Source of the DNA: Ruminococcus sp. | Lineage (GTDB): Bacteria; Bacillota; Clostridia; Oscillospirales; Ruminococcaceae | DNA: 54,548 bases | Direction of reading: 5' to 3' | Assembly: GCA_012718885.1 (NCBI GenBank) | Contig: JAAYBK010000357.1 | Location: 1-54,548 of the forward strand | Shown: positions 19,633 to 28,612 of the stretch, piece by piece | Layout of the letters: every line of letters starts with the position of its first letter | Numbering within the stretch: position 1 is the first letter of the stretch | The notes under the pieces: generated by a model | The model's database searches: none | Told to the model about the DNA's origin: nothing | Seen by the model: only the letters and a program-made list of their open reading frames with translations | Position numbers and translations under genes: made by a program

Positions 19633-20063
19633 AATATGATAAAGCCTTTCCCATACTCTTCTATCTTTTCCCTGATACGGCTGTCGATCTCTTCAGGCAT
19701 TTTAAGGAGCATCCTGTCTCCTCTCAGCACTGCATTCTCGGTCTCAGCCGTAAAGCATACCTTTCCGCTCTCGTTCCTTACCGTATAGGTGAACTCAAGT
19801 CTTGCGGCTCCGGTATACCTGAGATACACGCTTATCTCCACATTCTCGCCGGCAAATACAGACTGCTTATACTTTCCGTCCACATGGATCACAGGGAACC
19901 GCAGCGCGTGTTCCTCCATCCAGCTTACAGAATATCCGAGGATATCCTCCATGAGCTGTATCCTTGCCTCCTCGAGCCAGCGGAAATAATTACTGTGATG
20001 TACGACTCCGTAAAGGTCAGTATCGCTGAATCTTGCCTTTGTTCTGTAGATATATGCTTCCAT
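19626..20063 (-). CDS. Acyl-CoA/ACP thioesterase (4HBT/YbgC family)
   Basis: RFSDTDLYGVVHHSNYFRWLEEAR. Confidence 0.9.
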   Translation of the reverse strand: MEAYIYRTKARFSDTDLYGVVHHSNYFRWLEEARIQLMEDILGYSVSWMEEHALRFPVIHVDGKYKQSVFAGENVEISVYLRYTGAARLEFTYTVRNESGKVCFTAETENAVLRGDRMLLKMPEEIDSRIREKIEEYGKGFIILC

Positions 20064-20068
20064 GACAT

Positions 20069-20770
20069 TTACCTCGCCGTATATCCGCCGTCTATGACTA
20101 TGCACTGTCCGGTTATAGCCGGATTGTCTGCCAGCATCACTATGGCCTTCACTACCTCATCGGCATTGACCCTGCTCCTTGGCAGCATAGCCGTAACGGT
20201 CATCCACTCACGCTTCTTCTTTACCTGCTTCTCCACCTTCTTCAGGAAGTCGGATCCGAAAAATCCCGGGCACACACAGTTTGCAGTGATCTTTCTGCTG
20301 CCGTAGTCAAGAGCCACGGAACGCATGAGATTTATGACTGCTGCCTTTGAAGCACAGTATGAAGCGGATTCATAGGTACCTACGATACCGTACTGCGATG
20401 CAACTGCGATAAGGCTTGCGCCCTCTGCCGCAAATGGGATAAGATGATGCAGAGTTCTGTAAAGACCGGTAACATTTACGTCCATAGCCTGGGACCATGC
20501 CTCAGGAGATATATCTGTAACGCTGCCGTAATTGAAGATGCCTGCCGAATATACGAACACATCGAAGCTGATGCCGTTCTTTTCGAGATATGCGGCTACA
20601 CTCTGCACATCCTCCTCATTTGTTACATCACAGTGTATGTATTCACCGTTTGCCGGAAGCTCCTCCGGCTCCTTTATATCACAGAGCAGCAGTCTGTCAT
20701 CACGGAAGGAATCTGCTATGCTTCCGCCGAGAAGTCCTGATGCTCCGAACACGATCACATTCCTGCTCAC
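20069..20770 (-). CDS. SDR family oxidoreductase
   Basis: GASGLLG, YCASK, NCVCPG, IDGG. Confidence 0.88.
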   Translation of the reverse strand: MSRNVIVFGASGLLGGSIADSFRDDRLLLCDIKEPEELPANGEYIHCDVTNEEDVQSVAAYLEKNGISFDVFVYSAGIFNYGSVTDISPEAWSQAMDVNVTGLYRTLHHLIPFAAEGASLIAVASQYGIVGTYESASYCASKAAVINLMRSVALDYGSRKITANCVCPGFFGSDFLKKVEKQVKKKREWMTVTAMLPRSRVNADEVVKAIVMLADNPAITGQCIVIDGGYTAR

Positions 20771-21513
20771 GCTGTAAGACCTCCGTCAACTACAAGTACC
20801 TGTCCGTTTATATATCCGGAGCAGTCAGATGCAAGGAACATTGCTGCGTTGGCGATATCATCAACATCGCCTATCCTTGAAGCAGGGATGTCCTTTATGA
20901 TCTTCTCCTTCATCTTGTCCGGGATGGTATCCAGCATCTCTGTAAGGATATATCCGGGAGCAATGGCATTGACGTTGATATTCTTTCCGGCGACCTCCTT
21001 TGAAAGGCTCTTTGTGAATCCGATAAGGCCGGCCTTTGAAGCGGAGTAGTTGGTCTGTCCGGCCATACCGGCAATACCGCCTACAGATGTCATGTTTATG
21101 ATCTTGCCGCTGCGGTTTCCGATGAAATGAGTGAGGAACTGCTTTGTTACATTGAATGCGCCTGTGAGGTTCACTTCAATTACCTTTCCCCAGTTATCGC
21201 CTGACATGAGCATCATATATCCGTCCTTGGTGATACCGGCATTGTTTACCAGGATATCCACCTTGCCGAAATCGCTGAGGATCTGCTTTGCTGCTGCCTT
21301 TATGCTTTCGATATCAGATACATCGGCACAGTAGCCCTTTACCTGAACGCCGCTGCCGGCATATTTTACCTCAAGCTCCTCTGCTCTTCCCTTTGAAGAT
21401 CCGTAGATGAATGCTACATTTGCACCATGGGAAGCAAAATTCTCTGCGATAGCTCTTCCTATGCCACGGCTTCCGCCTGTTACTACAGCTGTTTTTCCAG
21501 TGAAATCAAACAT
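20767..21513 (-). CDS. fabG: 3-oxoacyl-ACP reductase
   Basis: TGGSRGIG, NNAGITKD, GQTNYSASK. Confidence 0.9.
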   Translation of the reverse strand: MFDFTGKTAVVTGGSRGIGRAIAENFASHGANVAFIYGSSKGRAEELEVKYAGSGVQVKGYCADVSDIESIKAAAKQILSDFGKVDILVNNAGITKDGYMMLMSGDNWGKVIEVNLTGAFNVTKQFLTHFIGNRSGKIINMTSVGGIAGMAGQTNYSASKAGLIGFTKSLSKEVAGKNINVNAIAPGYILTEMLDTIPDKMKEKIIKDIPASRIGDVDDIANAAMFLASDCSGYINGQVLVVDGGLTA

Positions 21514-21525
21514 AGTGTGTCTCCT

Positions 21526-22509
21526 TTATTCTCCGAGTACGAAGGCTTCTACTGTACCGGACATCTCTGTTCCAAGGACCAGCACCTTCTCATAGCGCTT
21601 ATTCTTTACAAGAACTGAGCCGAGGATAACGCTTGATACTGCACTTGCACCGAAGCTCTCGCCCAGCATATCCCTTGCGTTGATGACCTCACAGCCGCTG
21701 CCGAATATCTCCTCTACAGCTGTCTTCTCGTCCTCGCTTACTGATGACTGTGCAATATTTGAAAGAAGCACAAGATCGATGTCCTCAGCTTCCAGCTCAG
21801 CCTTTCTGAGAGCCTTCTTTATAACTCTTGTATATGCTGATACCACATCTCTGCCTGACTGATAGAGCGGTGAGAAACCGATACCTGTCTCTGCGTCTCC
21901 GAGAATACGTCCGTAGATCTCACGGGCTGAATCCTCGCTCTCAACTACTACTCCTGCAACGCCTTCTGATATAACATCGCCGCCGAATTTCTTTACTGCT
22001 GTTGAAGCAACAGGGCTGCAATACTCATCGCCGCCGCATACCACGATAGCGTTATCAGGCTTCTTCTCCACCTGTCTCATGGAATATGACAGAGCGTTGC
22101 TACCCATAAGAAGGGTGCTTGGTCCCTTGAGGCCGAAGTAGAGAGCCACGTTTCCGAGAGCTGCGTTTGATACTGTATTTGCGAAATCCATAGGACTTGC
22201 CAGCTCAGGTGTCGGGAGAAGTCTTCCGAACTCAATGTTGAGATTGATCGAGCCGTAGTCTGTATTCATGATTATACCTGTATTATCGCCCTTCTCACAG
22301 CCTGACATCTTAAGGCAGTTATCTGTTACAGCCGCACACATACGTCCGAAACGTCCCATACGTCTGATCTTTCTCGGATCCAGTGAATGGCTGAAATCGA
22401 GCTCGCCGCCTGTAGGCTTCTTTCTGCTGTCCCAGCTGTTGAGTATATCTGACTCTGTGCTGCCCATCTCTGAGATCATTCCCCAGCCGGTTATTGCTGT
22501 TTTGCACAT
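21526..22509 (-). CDS. Chain-length-factor-like non-catalytic ketosynthase
   Basis: RKIRRMGRF, SPMDFANTVSNAALG, LKGPSTLL with no catalytic Cys, LGESFGA with no His. Confidence 0.8.
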   Translation of the reverse strand: MCKTAITGWGMISEMGSTESDILNSWDSRKKPTGGELDFSHSLDPRKIRRMGRFGRMCAAVTDNCLKMSGCEKGDNTGIIMNTDYGSINLNIEFGRLLPTPELASPMDFANTVSNAALGNVALYFGLKGPSTLLMGSNALSYSMRQVEKKPDNAIVVCGGDEYCSPVASTAVKKFGGDVISEGVAGVVVESEDSAREIYGRILGDAETGIGFSPLYQSGRDVVSAYTRVIKKALRKAELEAEDIDLVLLSNIAQSSVSEDEKTAVEEIFGSGCEVINARDMLGESFGASAVSSVILGSVLVKNKRYEKVLVLGTEMSGTVEAFVLGE

Positions 22510-22515
22510 ACTTCA

Positions 22516-23673
22516 TTACATCCTTTCCATTACGCCTGACTTCTCAAGCTCCTTTATTCCCAGCAGGGCTGCTGTAAAATGTGCATTGCCCCAGCCGGCT
22601 ATCTTTATCCTGTCCTTCTTCATGCAGGACACAGGGTTTTTCATATTGTCACGGCAGCTGAATGCCCAACCGGCAAAATTTCCGCAGCCGTACTGTCTTA
22701 TAAGTTCATCGTAGCCTACCACCTCGGTGATCTTTGCACCGCCGAGAAGTTCTGAGGCGTTCCTTCTTATCATATCCTCATCTGCGCTCTCGTCGTAGTA
22801 GATATCGGCTCTCTGGAAGCCGCCGCTGCTCCATCTTATCATCTGGATGATACCGTACTCGTCAGCCTTGTCAGGAACTATGAACTCGAAATCCGTATCC
22901 AGTTCCTCATCCGACACATACATCGTCATAAGCCTTACTCTTGACTTGCTTGTATCAGAAGCCTCGATCAGCACATCGTATCCCAGTGTTTCGCCGCCGG
23001 CAGTCAAGGTCTTCTCAGCTTCATTGATGACTATATCGTCAAAGCTGCTTACCTTTATCACCTTTTCAGGATCCTCGCTCTTTATGAGCCATGCGGCCAT
23101 ATGCTCGAGGCTATCAGTATGGCAGCTGCTGTCAAAGACTTGTCCGGAAATGTAGCCTGCCGCTGTATTCAGGGAGATATCCTTTCTCGGCACGAATGCT
23201 CCGAGGACCTTATTCCACTCCTCTGAACCGGAGAGCTTCTCTGCAAAGCCGCTGTAATCCTTCATAAAGTTCTTTGCCATAACTGAAGAAGGAGAGGTAT
23301 TCACCTTGAAGCCGCTGTGTACGCTCAGCTTCCATTCAGCACCTATACTGCTCAAAGTATCCGAAAAAGCGGCTGCCGCTTCATTTCCGGCACCGGATAT
23401 ATCTGCAAGGCTGCGGATAAACTCATCTGCTCCTCTGTCTGCCTTGTACCTGTGAGCGGAGGTCCTTACCGAAAAGCCGTGACCGGGCTTCTGCTCAACA
23501 TCGTACCCCAGTTTCTCAGCGGCCAGCGCCATCATACCGTCTGCACTGTCGCAGCAGTAAAATGTGATGTCCTTGATATTACCGGTGCTTATGCGCCTGT
23601 GCTCAACGCCGTTCATTTCAAGGAATCGGCTGAGCGAAAGAGCGGTTATATTATTGCCTATGATAACGACCAT
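22516..23673 (-). CDS. Degenerate CrtI-like protein
   Basis: VVIIGNNITAL replaces GxGxxG; GNFAGW and AGWG echo the C-terminal family motifs. Confidence 0.55.
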   Translation of the reverse strand: MVVIIGNNITALSLSRFLEMNGVEHRRISTGNIKDITFYCCDSADGMMALAAEKLGYDVEQKPGHGFSVRTSAHRYKADRGADEFIRSLADISGAGNEAAAAFSDTLSSIGAEWKLSVHSGFKVNTSPSSVMAKNFMKDYSGFAEKLSGSEEWNKVLGAFVPRKDISLNTAAGYISGQVFDSSCHTDSLEHMAAWLIKSEDPEKVIKVSSFDDIVINEAEKTLTAGGETLGYDVLIEASDTSKSRVRLMTMYVSDEELDTDFEFIVPDKADEYGIIQMIRWSSGGFQRADIYYDESADEDMIRRNASELLGGAKITEVVGYDELIRQYGCGNFAGWAFSCRDNMKNPVSCMKKDRIKIAGWGNAHFTAALLGIKELEKSGVMERM

Positions 23674-23678
23674 AGTCC

Positions 23679-24869
23679 TTACCCCGCATATCTTCTGAGC
23701 ACTATGCTGGCTGTATTTCCTGCAAATGCAAAGGAATTGGATATTACATAATCAACAGGACGATGAACTGTCTCTGAACCGATGATATGGATACCGCCCT
23801 CTGTTTCAAGCGGCTTGTCCAGTCTGAATGTACCGGGCATGAACTGATGCTTGAGTGCCAGTGCGGATATAGCAAGCTCAATGCTTCCGGCAGCTCCCAG
23901 GCAGTGACCTGTGATAGCCTTTGTTGATGAAACATAGATATTCGGCTGATCCGGGAAGAGCTTCTCTATGCCCTTGATCTCCATGGTATCATTGGCCTTT
24001 GTGCCTGTACCATGAGCGTTGACATATACATTCTCATCTGTTATATTGATATCAGCATCCTCAAGAGCTTCCTTCATTGCGATATATGCGCCCTCACCGT
24101 CCGGTCTGGGTGAGGTGATGTGGTATGCCTCGTTCTTTGCAGCATATCCTGCTACCTCAGCGTATATATCTGCGCCTCTTGCAACTGCGTGATCCAGCTC
24201 CTCGAGAACTATGAATGCACTTGCCTCACCAAGATTGATACCGCTTCTGTCCTGATCAAAGGGACGGCACTTATCCTCGGCAATAGCCTTGAGTGCACTG
24301 AAGCCAACTGATGAGAAGAGTGTGAGGGCATCTGTACCGCCTACGATAGCGACCTCTGTCTCTCCGCTCTTTATTGCGTCGAAGGCGATGCCTGCTGCTG
24401 CCGTACCTGCTGCACAGGCTGACATTGTGGTATATACAGGGCCGTTTACGCCAAGCTTGCTGCTGATCTTGTTGATGAAATCCGGAACTATGTATACATA
24501 ATCCTCATCGTTCTCAGGAGTATCGCTGTTTACATAGCGCATCATATTCTGATTTCCTGACATCGATGTAGCAAATGAGAATACAACATCCTCGCTGTTC
24601 TCTGCGATCATATCCTTCAGAGCCTTGTCCTTGTAGAGATCATCGATAGCCTCGAAAGCCACTGCTGTAGTTCTCTCGTCGCACTCATCCTCATATCTGA
24701 GAGGCCTTTTGATCTCACAGCCAAGTCTTGATACAAGTCCGTCTGTACTGTAGAGATCTACCTCTGACTGGCCTTCCTTGAGTTCCTCAAGAGCTTCGAT
24801 GAGCTCGCTCTCATTGCCGGCATTTGATGATACTACACCGATACCGGTAACAACTATCCTCTTTTCCAT
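23679..24869 (-). CDS. Beta-ketoacyl-ACP synthase (FabF-like, type II KS)
   Basis: SACAAG, NAHGTGT, KAITGHCLGAAG, SNSFAFAG. Confidence 0.93.
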   Translation of the reverse strand: MEKRIVVTGIGVVSSNAGNESELIEALEELKEGQSEVDLYSTDGLVSRLGCEIKRPLRYEDECDERTTAVAFEAIDDLYKDKALKDMIAENSEDVVFSFATSMSGNQNMMRYVNSDTPENDEDYVYIVPDFINKISSKLGVNGPVYTTMSACAAGTAAAGIAFDAIKSGETEVAIVGGTDALTLFSSVGFSALKAIAEDKCRPFDQDRSGINLGEASAFIVLEELDHAVARGADIYAEVAGYAAKNEAYHITSPRPDGEGAYIAMKEALEDADINITDENVYVNAHGTGTKANDTMEIKGIEKLFPDQPNIYVSSTKAITGHCLGAAGSIELAISALALKHQFMPGTFRLDKPLETEGGIHIIGSETVHRPVDYVISNSFAFAGNTASIVLRRYAG

Positions 24870-24890
24870 GCGATCACCTCTTAGCGGTCA

Positions 24891-25175
24891 TTATTCCTGG
24901 CCGTTCTCACGAACATAGTCTGCGATAGATGAGATGCTCTGGAAGATACCCATTTCCTCATCGCTTACCTCGATGCCGTACTTCTCCTTGAGGCCTACTA
25001 CCAGCTCAAGAGCGTCAACTGAGTCAAGTCCGAGGCCATCGCCCTCTGAGTCGAATGAAGCGAAGATAGGTGCATCATAGTCAACATCGTCCTTGTTGAT
25101 GTAGTCGATTCTGAGTCTCTCAAAGATCATGTCTCTTACTTCTTCCTCGATGTTTCTGTTTGCAAAGTTAGCCAT
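24891..25175 (-). CDS. Acyl carrier protein
   Basis: LGLDSVDALELV; start MANFANR follows GGAGG. Confidence 0.92.
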   Translation of the reverse strand: MANFANRNIEEEVRDMIFERLRIDYINKDDVDYDAPIFASFDSEGDGLGLDSVDALELVVGLKEKYGIEVSDEEMGIFQSISSIADYVRENGQE

Positions 25176-25256
25176 TGTTAATTCCTCCATTAAATAAATA
25201 TAGTTTTATAAATTTTTCCCTTACGGGTATATTTACACGTCTTTCAGACGGTAAAA

Positions 25257-26792
25257 TCATGCTGAATGGTTTTTGCTGAAATCATATATCTCTTCGATAT
25301 GATCGCAGCGGAGTATCTTGTCTGCAACTCTCATTGCAACGTCTGTGGTGAATATCACACCGTCGCCTACTCCTCCCCAGTGTCCGGTGAGGAACAGGCC
25401 GTCTACCAGCTGGCGGCAGTCCAGGAGCGAGAAGTTCTCAACCAGCTCCGGAGTACATTTATATCCTCCGAAGGCGCCCTTGCTGTTGCCGGTATATCGC
25501 TGGAAGGTGACCGGAGAAGCTATCTCCATCACTTCGATATGCTCGCTGATGCCGGGGAAGAATCTCTCTGCCTTGCGGACAAGATTCATAGCTGCCGCTT
25601 TTTTCTTTTCACGGTAGAGCTTCCTGTCGGTATCACGGAGCTTGTACATATCCTCAAAGTCCCAGTTCACAAGCATTCCCAGCATCATCTGTCCCTTTCC
25701 CTCGGGGCAGGCTGTAGGATCGTTGTTTGCCGAAAGACTTATCAGCAGGAAATCATTTTCTCTCTGGACGCTGTGCTCTCCGATAAGCTTTGCCTTATCG
25801 TCAAGAACGCTCATTGCGTCCGGATAATAGGATATATTCACCGGCTCATAGCCAAGAGACTTTATATCCTTGTCAAGGCCTATCCATACCGAGAAGCAGG
25901 ACGGGCTCTCTGTAAACTTGGTATTTATCTTTTCAAGCACTCGCTGGGGAACATTTTCCTCTCCCACCAGCTCACGTATGGTGAAGCCCAGGTCACAGTT
26001 GGAAACTATGTAGTCTGCTTTGAGTATCTCTCCCTTGCAGACAACTCCCACTGCTCTGCCGTCCTCCATTATGATCCTTTCGGCAGGACTGTTCAGGAGA
26101 ACTCTTCCTCCCAGCTCCTCGATGCGCTTGCGGAGGAGCTCGATTATAGCTCCTGCACCGCCTACGGGCTGGTACGTCTCCTCACCGCAGTTTGCGAATG
26201 AGACCATTCTTATGAAGGCGAACAACGCTCCGCCTGGCATCGCATCGGATATTGCCACCAGCAGGCTGATTATCTTCTCATTGCTGAATATTCCTCTCAG
26301 GAACTGATCCACAGACATCTTTCTATATTTGTCCAGTATCTTCAGATCGGTCAGCGAGAACTTGCTTATTCCTGCATTGGCGCCCTTGTCGATTATATCC
26401 AGTATGGAATTGATCTTGTCCACCTCTGCTTCAAAGCGGTCTATATCCGCCCTGTCCTCCGGGAAAAGCTCCCTGAGGGAATCAGCGGCGCTGGAATTGC
26501 ACATATTGAAATTGATATCGCCCACCTGAACATTCTCATGGAAGGTGTACCATTCCGGCAGTTCCTTCACTCCAAGAGCACTCAGGATACCATCCACGCT
26601 GTTTCTGCCGTGGATACCGCCTATCCTGTGGACAGCCGCTGCGAACCTGAAGCCCTTTCTGGAAAAGCTCTGACAATAGCCGCCGGCAACGCTGTGCTTT
26701 TCAAGGACCGTCACATCGTATCCCTTATTCGCCAGCGCACAGCCGCAGGTCATGCCGGATATTCCGGAGCCTATAACGATTATCTTCTTCAT
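25257..26792 (-). CDS. Phytoene desaturase (CrtI)-family FAD oxidoreductase
   Basis: GSGISG...EKHSVAGGYCQSFSRKGFRF, SPVTFQRYTGNSKGA, GHW. Confidence 0.88.
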   Translation of the reverse strand: MKKIIVIGSGISGMTCGCALANKGYDVTVLEKHSVAGGYCQSFSRKGFRFAAAVHRIGGIHGRNSVDGILSALGVKELPEWYTFHENVQVGDINFNMCNSSAADSLRELFPEDRADIDRFEAEVDKINSILDIIDKGANAGISKFSLTDLKILDKYRKMSVDQFLRGIFSNEKIISLLVAISDAMPGGALFAFIRMVSFANCGEETYQPVGGAGAIIELLRKRIEELGGRVLLNSPAERIIMEDGRAVGVVCKGEILKADYIVSNCDLGFTIRELVGEENVPQRVLEKINTKFTESPSCFSVWIGLDKDIKSLGYEPVNISYYPDAMSVLDDKAKLIGEHSVQRENDFLLISLSANNDPTACPEGKGQMMLGMLVNWDFEDMYKLRDTDRKLYREKKKAAAMNLVRKAERFFPGISEHIEVMEIASPVTFQRYTGNSKGAFGGYKCTPELVENFSLLDCRQLVDGLFLTGHWGGVGDGVIFTTDVAMRVADKILRCDHIEEIYDFSKNHSA

Positions 26793-26810
26793 ACATCACT
26801 CTCCCTTTTG

Positions 26811-27575
26811 TCATTCAGTCTCAGCAAGGAGAGCCTCAAGCATCTTCTGCTCTTTTTTAAGGCTTCTGATGAACTCTGAGCCTGACATATACTTTTTCTT
26901 GTATAATTCTCTCCAGTCGCTTCCGAGACCAAGTATGTTCTCGAAGACCTCTCTGCGCTGCTCAGTGAAGGATTCGTCAATGCTTACTTTCACCGAGCCG
27001 TTGAGATGTCCTGCGAGCCTGCTGCTTATGAAGCATCTCAGGCCGGAGACCAGCTTTCTTATGTAGACCTTCCGGCAGCTTTCAGCCCTGCTGTGTATAC
27101 TTTCGGGATAGAAGTTGATATCCTCGTACACTGCCCAGTCCCTTGTATTGTCAAAGGCAGCTGAAGCTCTTTTCTCAAGGCTGCGGCCGGTATGCCACCT
27201 GCCGTCGGACAGCTTCCAGAGCCCAAGGCCTGCGATATTCTTCAGACTGCTGACTCTTTCATATGTGAAGCTGCACTTGTCTGAAGCATCCTTGTCGTAC
27301 TTCCTTACGAATACGCTGCTGCCGGCTGCCATTTTCTGCTTCAGTCTCCTGAGCTTCTTGCTGCCGAATTTCTGGACCACAGACTGTATTTCAAGCTGAT
27401 AATATTCCCTTATGATATCCAGCCGGTTCTCGGTAAATGCCTTTACGGAAAATCTGCTGTGGGAAGTCTGGCACAGATCAAAGGTCAGCTCTGAGCACAT
27501 AGCCGCTATCTCATCAGTCTCCCCGTTATCCGGGAGAGCCATTGCTATCGCTCTCATCTGAGTGTTCTTATTCAT
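26811..27575 (-). CDS. Hypothetical protein
   Basis: 254 aa in-operon ORF with ATGA coupling; no motif recognised. Confidence 0.7.
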   Translation of the reverse strand: MNKNTQMRAIAMALPDNGETDEIAAMCSELTFDLCQTSHSRFSVKAFTENRLDIIREYYQLEIQSVVQKFGSKKLRRLKQKMAAGSSVFVRKYDKDASDKCSFTYERVSSLKNIAGLGLWKLSDGRWHTGRSLEKRASAAFDNTRDWAVYEDINFYPESIHSRAESCRKVYIRKLVSGLRCFISSRLAGHLNGSVKVSIDESFTEQRREVFENILGLGSDWRELYKKKYMSGSEFIRSLKKEQKMLEALLAETE

Positions 27576-28612
27576 GCTGCAAACACCTCCCTGAGACCGT
27601 CTACGGCCTGTTCTTCCTTGGATCTGATCTTATCGAGGAGATCGATGGTAGCTTCGCCGTTCATACGCTCTTCCACGGACAGATCCTTTTTCATTATCCT
27701 TGCTGCAAATTTGTTCCAGAGATAATCTGCTCCGGAAAGGAGGCTGCTTATCTCTGAAAGTTCCTTCTCCCTGCCGATATACGGTACACACTCCATAAGG
27801 AACTTGCCGTACATCTTCCTGAACATTCCGGGAGAGACGAATTTTATAAGGCTGCCGGTTATTTCAAGCGATACCCGGCATATTGTCTTTCCGCAGCTGT
27901 CCGGCAGCTCCGGGAAGCGTTCCATGAATCTTGTGAAGGCTTTCATGCCCAGCCGCTCATTGCCGCCGTCCAGGTACTCCTTAAGGTTGCCTCTTACGGC
28001 TCTATAGATCATGCCTTCTACATCCGCCCGGCTCATATCTGCCGGAAGGACGATGTGGTGTATCCTGTGGTGCGGGTCAAGGTAGGAATCCGAACCGATA
28101 TCCCTCGCCCTGGCGAATACCTCTCTTGGTATGCTGTACACCTCACTGCTGTAATTCTCGCAGATGTACACGTTTTCCTGGTCTATGCCGATTATCTCGG
28201 TCACATGGCTGGCAACATGCAGATCCAGCTTGAAATCTTTCCAGAGGGAAGCCTTGCTGCCCAGGTAATCCGCATATACCTCCGGGCAGACCTCGCAGAT
28301 CACCGGATTGTCCTCCAGCCTGAGCATTGACTCCAGCTTTGAGAAGTCGTTGTCGGCCTCGGATACTATCCTGTAGTCCACTCCTGCATTCTGAGCAAAA
28401 TGCTCGAACTGCATAAGATTGGGAGCAAGCGCCTTGAAAAATTTGTTCTCGGAGAATATCCCGCCCGGATCCACATAGGCGAAGCTGAGACCGCCTGCAA
28501 GACCGAACACGAACTCCTCCCTTACCGTAAGTCCGCAGCGTTCAAGAGTATCCCTTATCGCAACGGTCCGGCATGATTTTCCCTGGGTGTGTTTAAAGTT
28601 CTCTAAAATCAT
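27572..28612 (-). CDS. BtrH N-terminal-domain protein
   Basis: SCRTVAIR, FGLAGGLSF, SHVTEIIGID, MFRKMY. Confidence 0.78.
   Translation of the reverse strand: MILENFKHTQGKSCRTVAIRDTLERCGLTVREEFVFGLAGGLSFAYVDPGGIFSENKFFKALAPNLMQFEHFAQNAGVDYRIVSEADNDFSKLESMLRLEDNPVICEVCPEVYADYLGSKASLWKDFKLDLHVASHVTEIIGIDQENVYICENYSSEVYSIPREVFARARDIGSDSYLDPHHRIHHIVLPADMSRADVEGMIYRAVRGNLKEYLDGGNERLGMKAFTRFMERFPELPDSCGKTICRVSLEITGSLIKFVSPGMFRKMYGKFLMECVPYIGREKELSEISSLLSGADYLWNKFAARIMKKDLSVEERMNGEATIDLLDKIRSKEEQAVDGLREVFAA

Noticed and set aside
11105-26792. Carotenoid biosynthesis
   Set aside because: No CrtB/CrtM or prenyl synthase; the context is ACP-based
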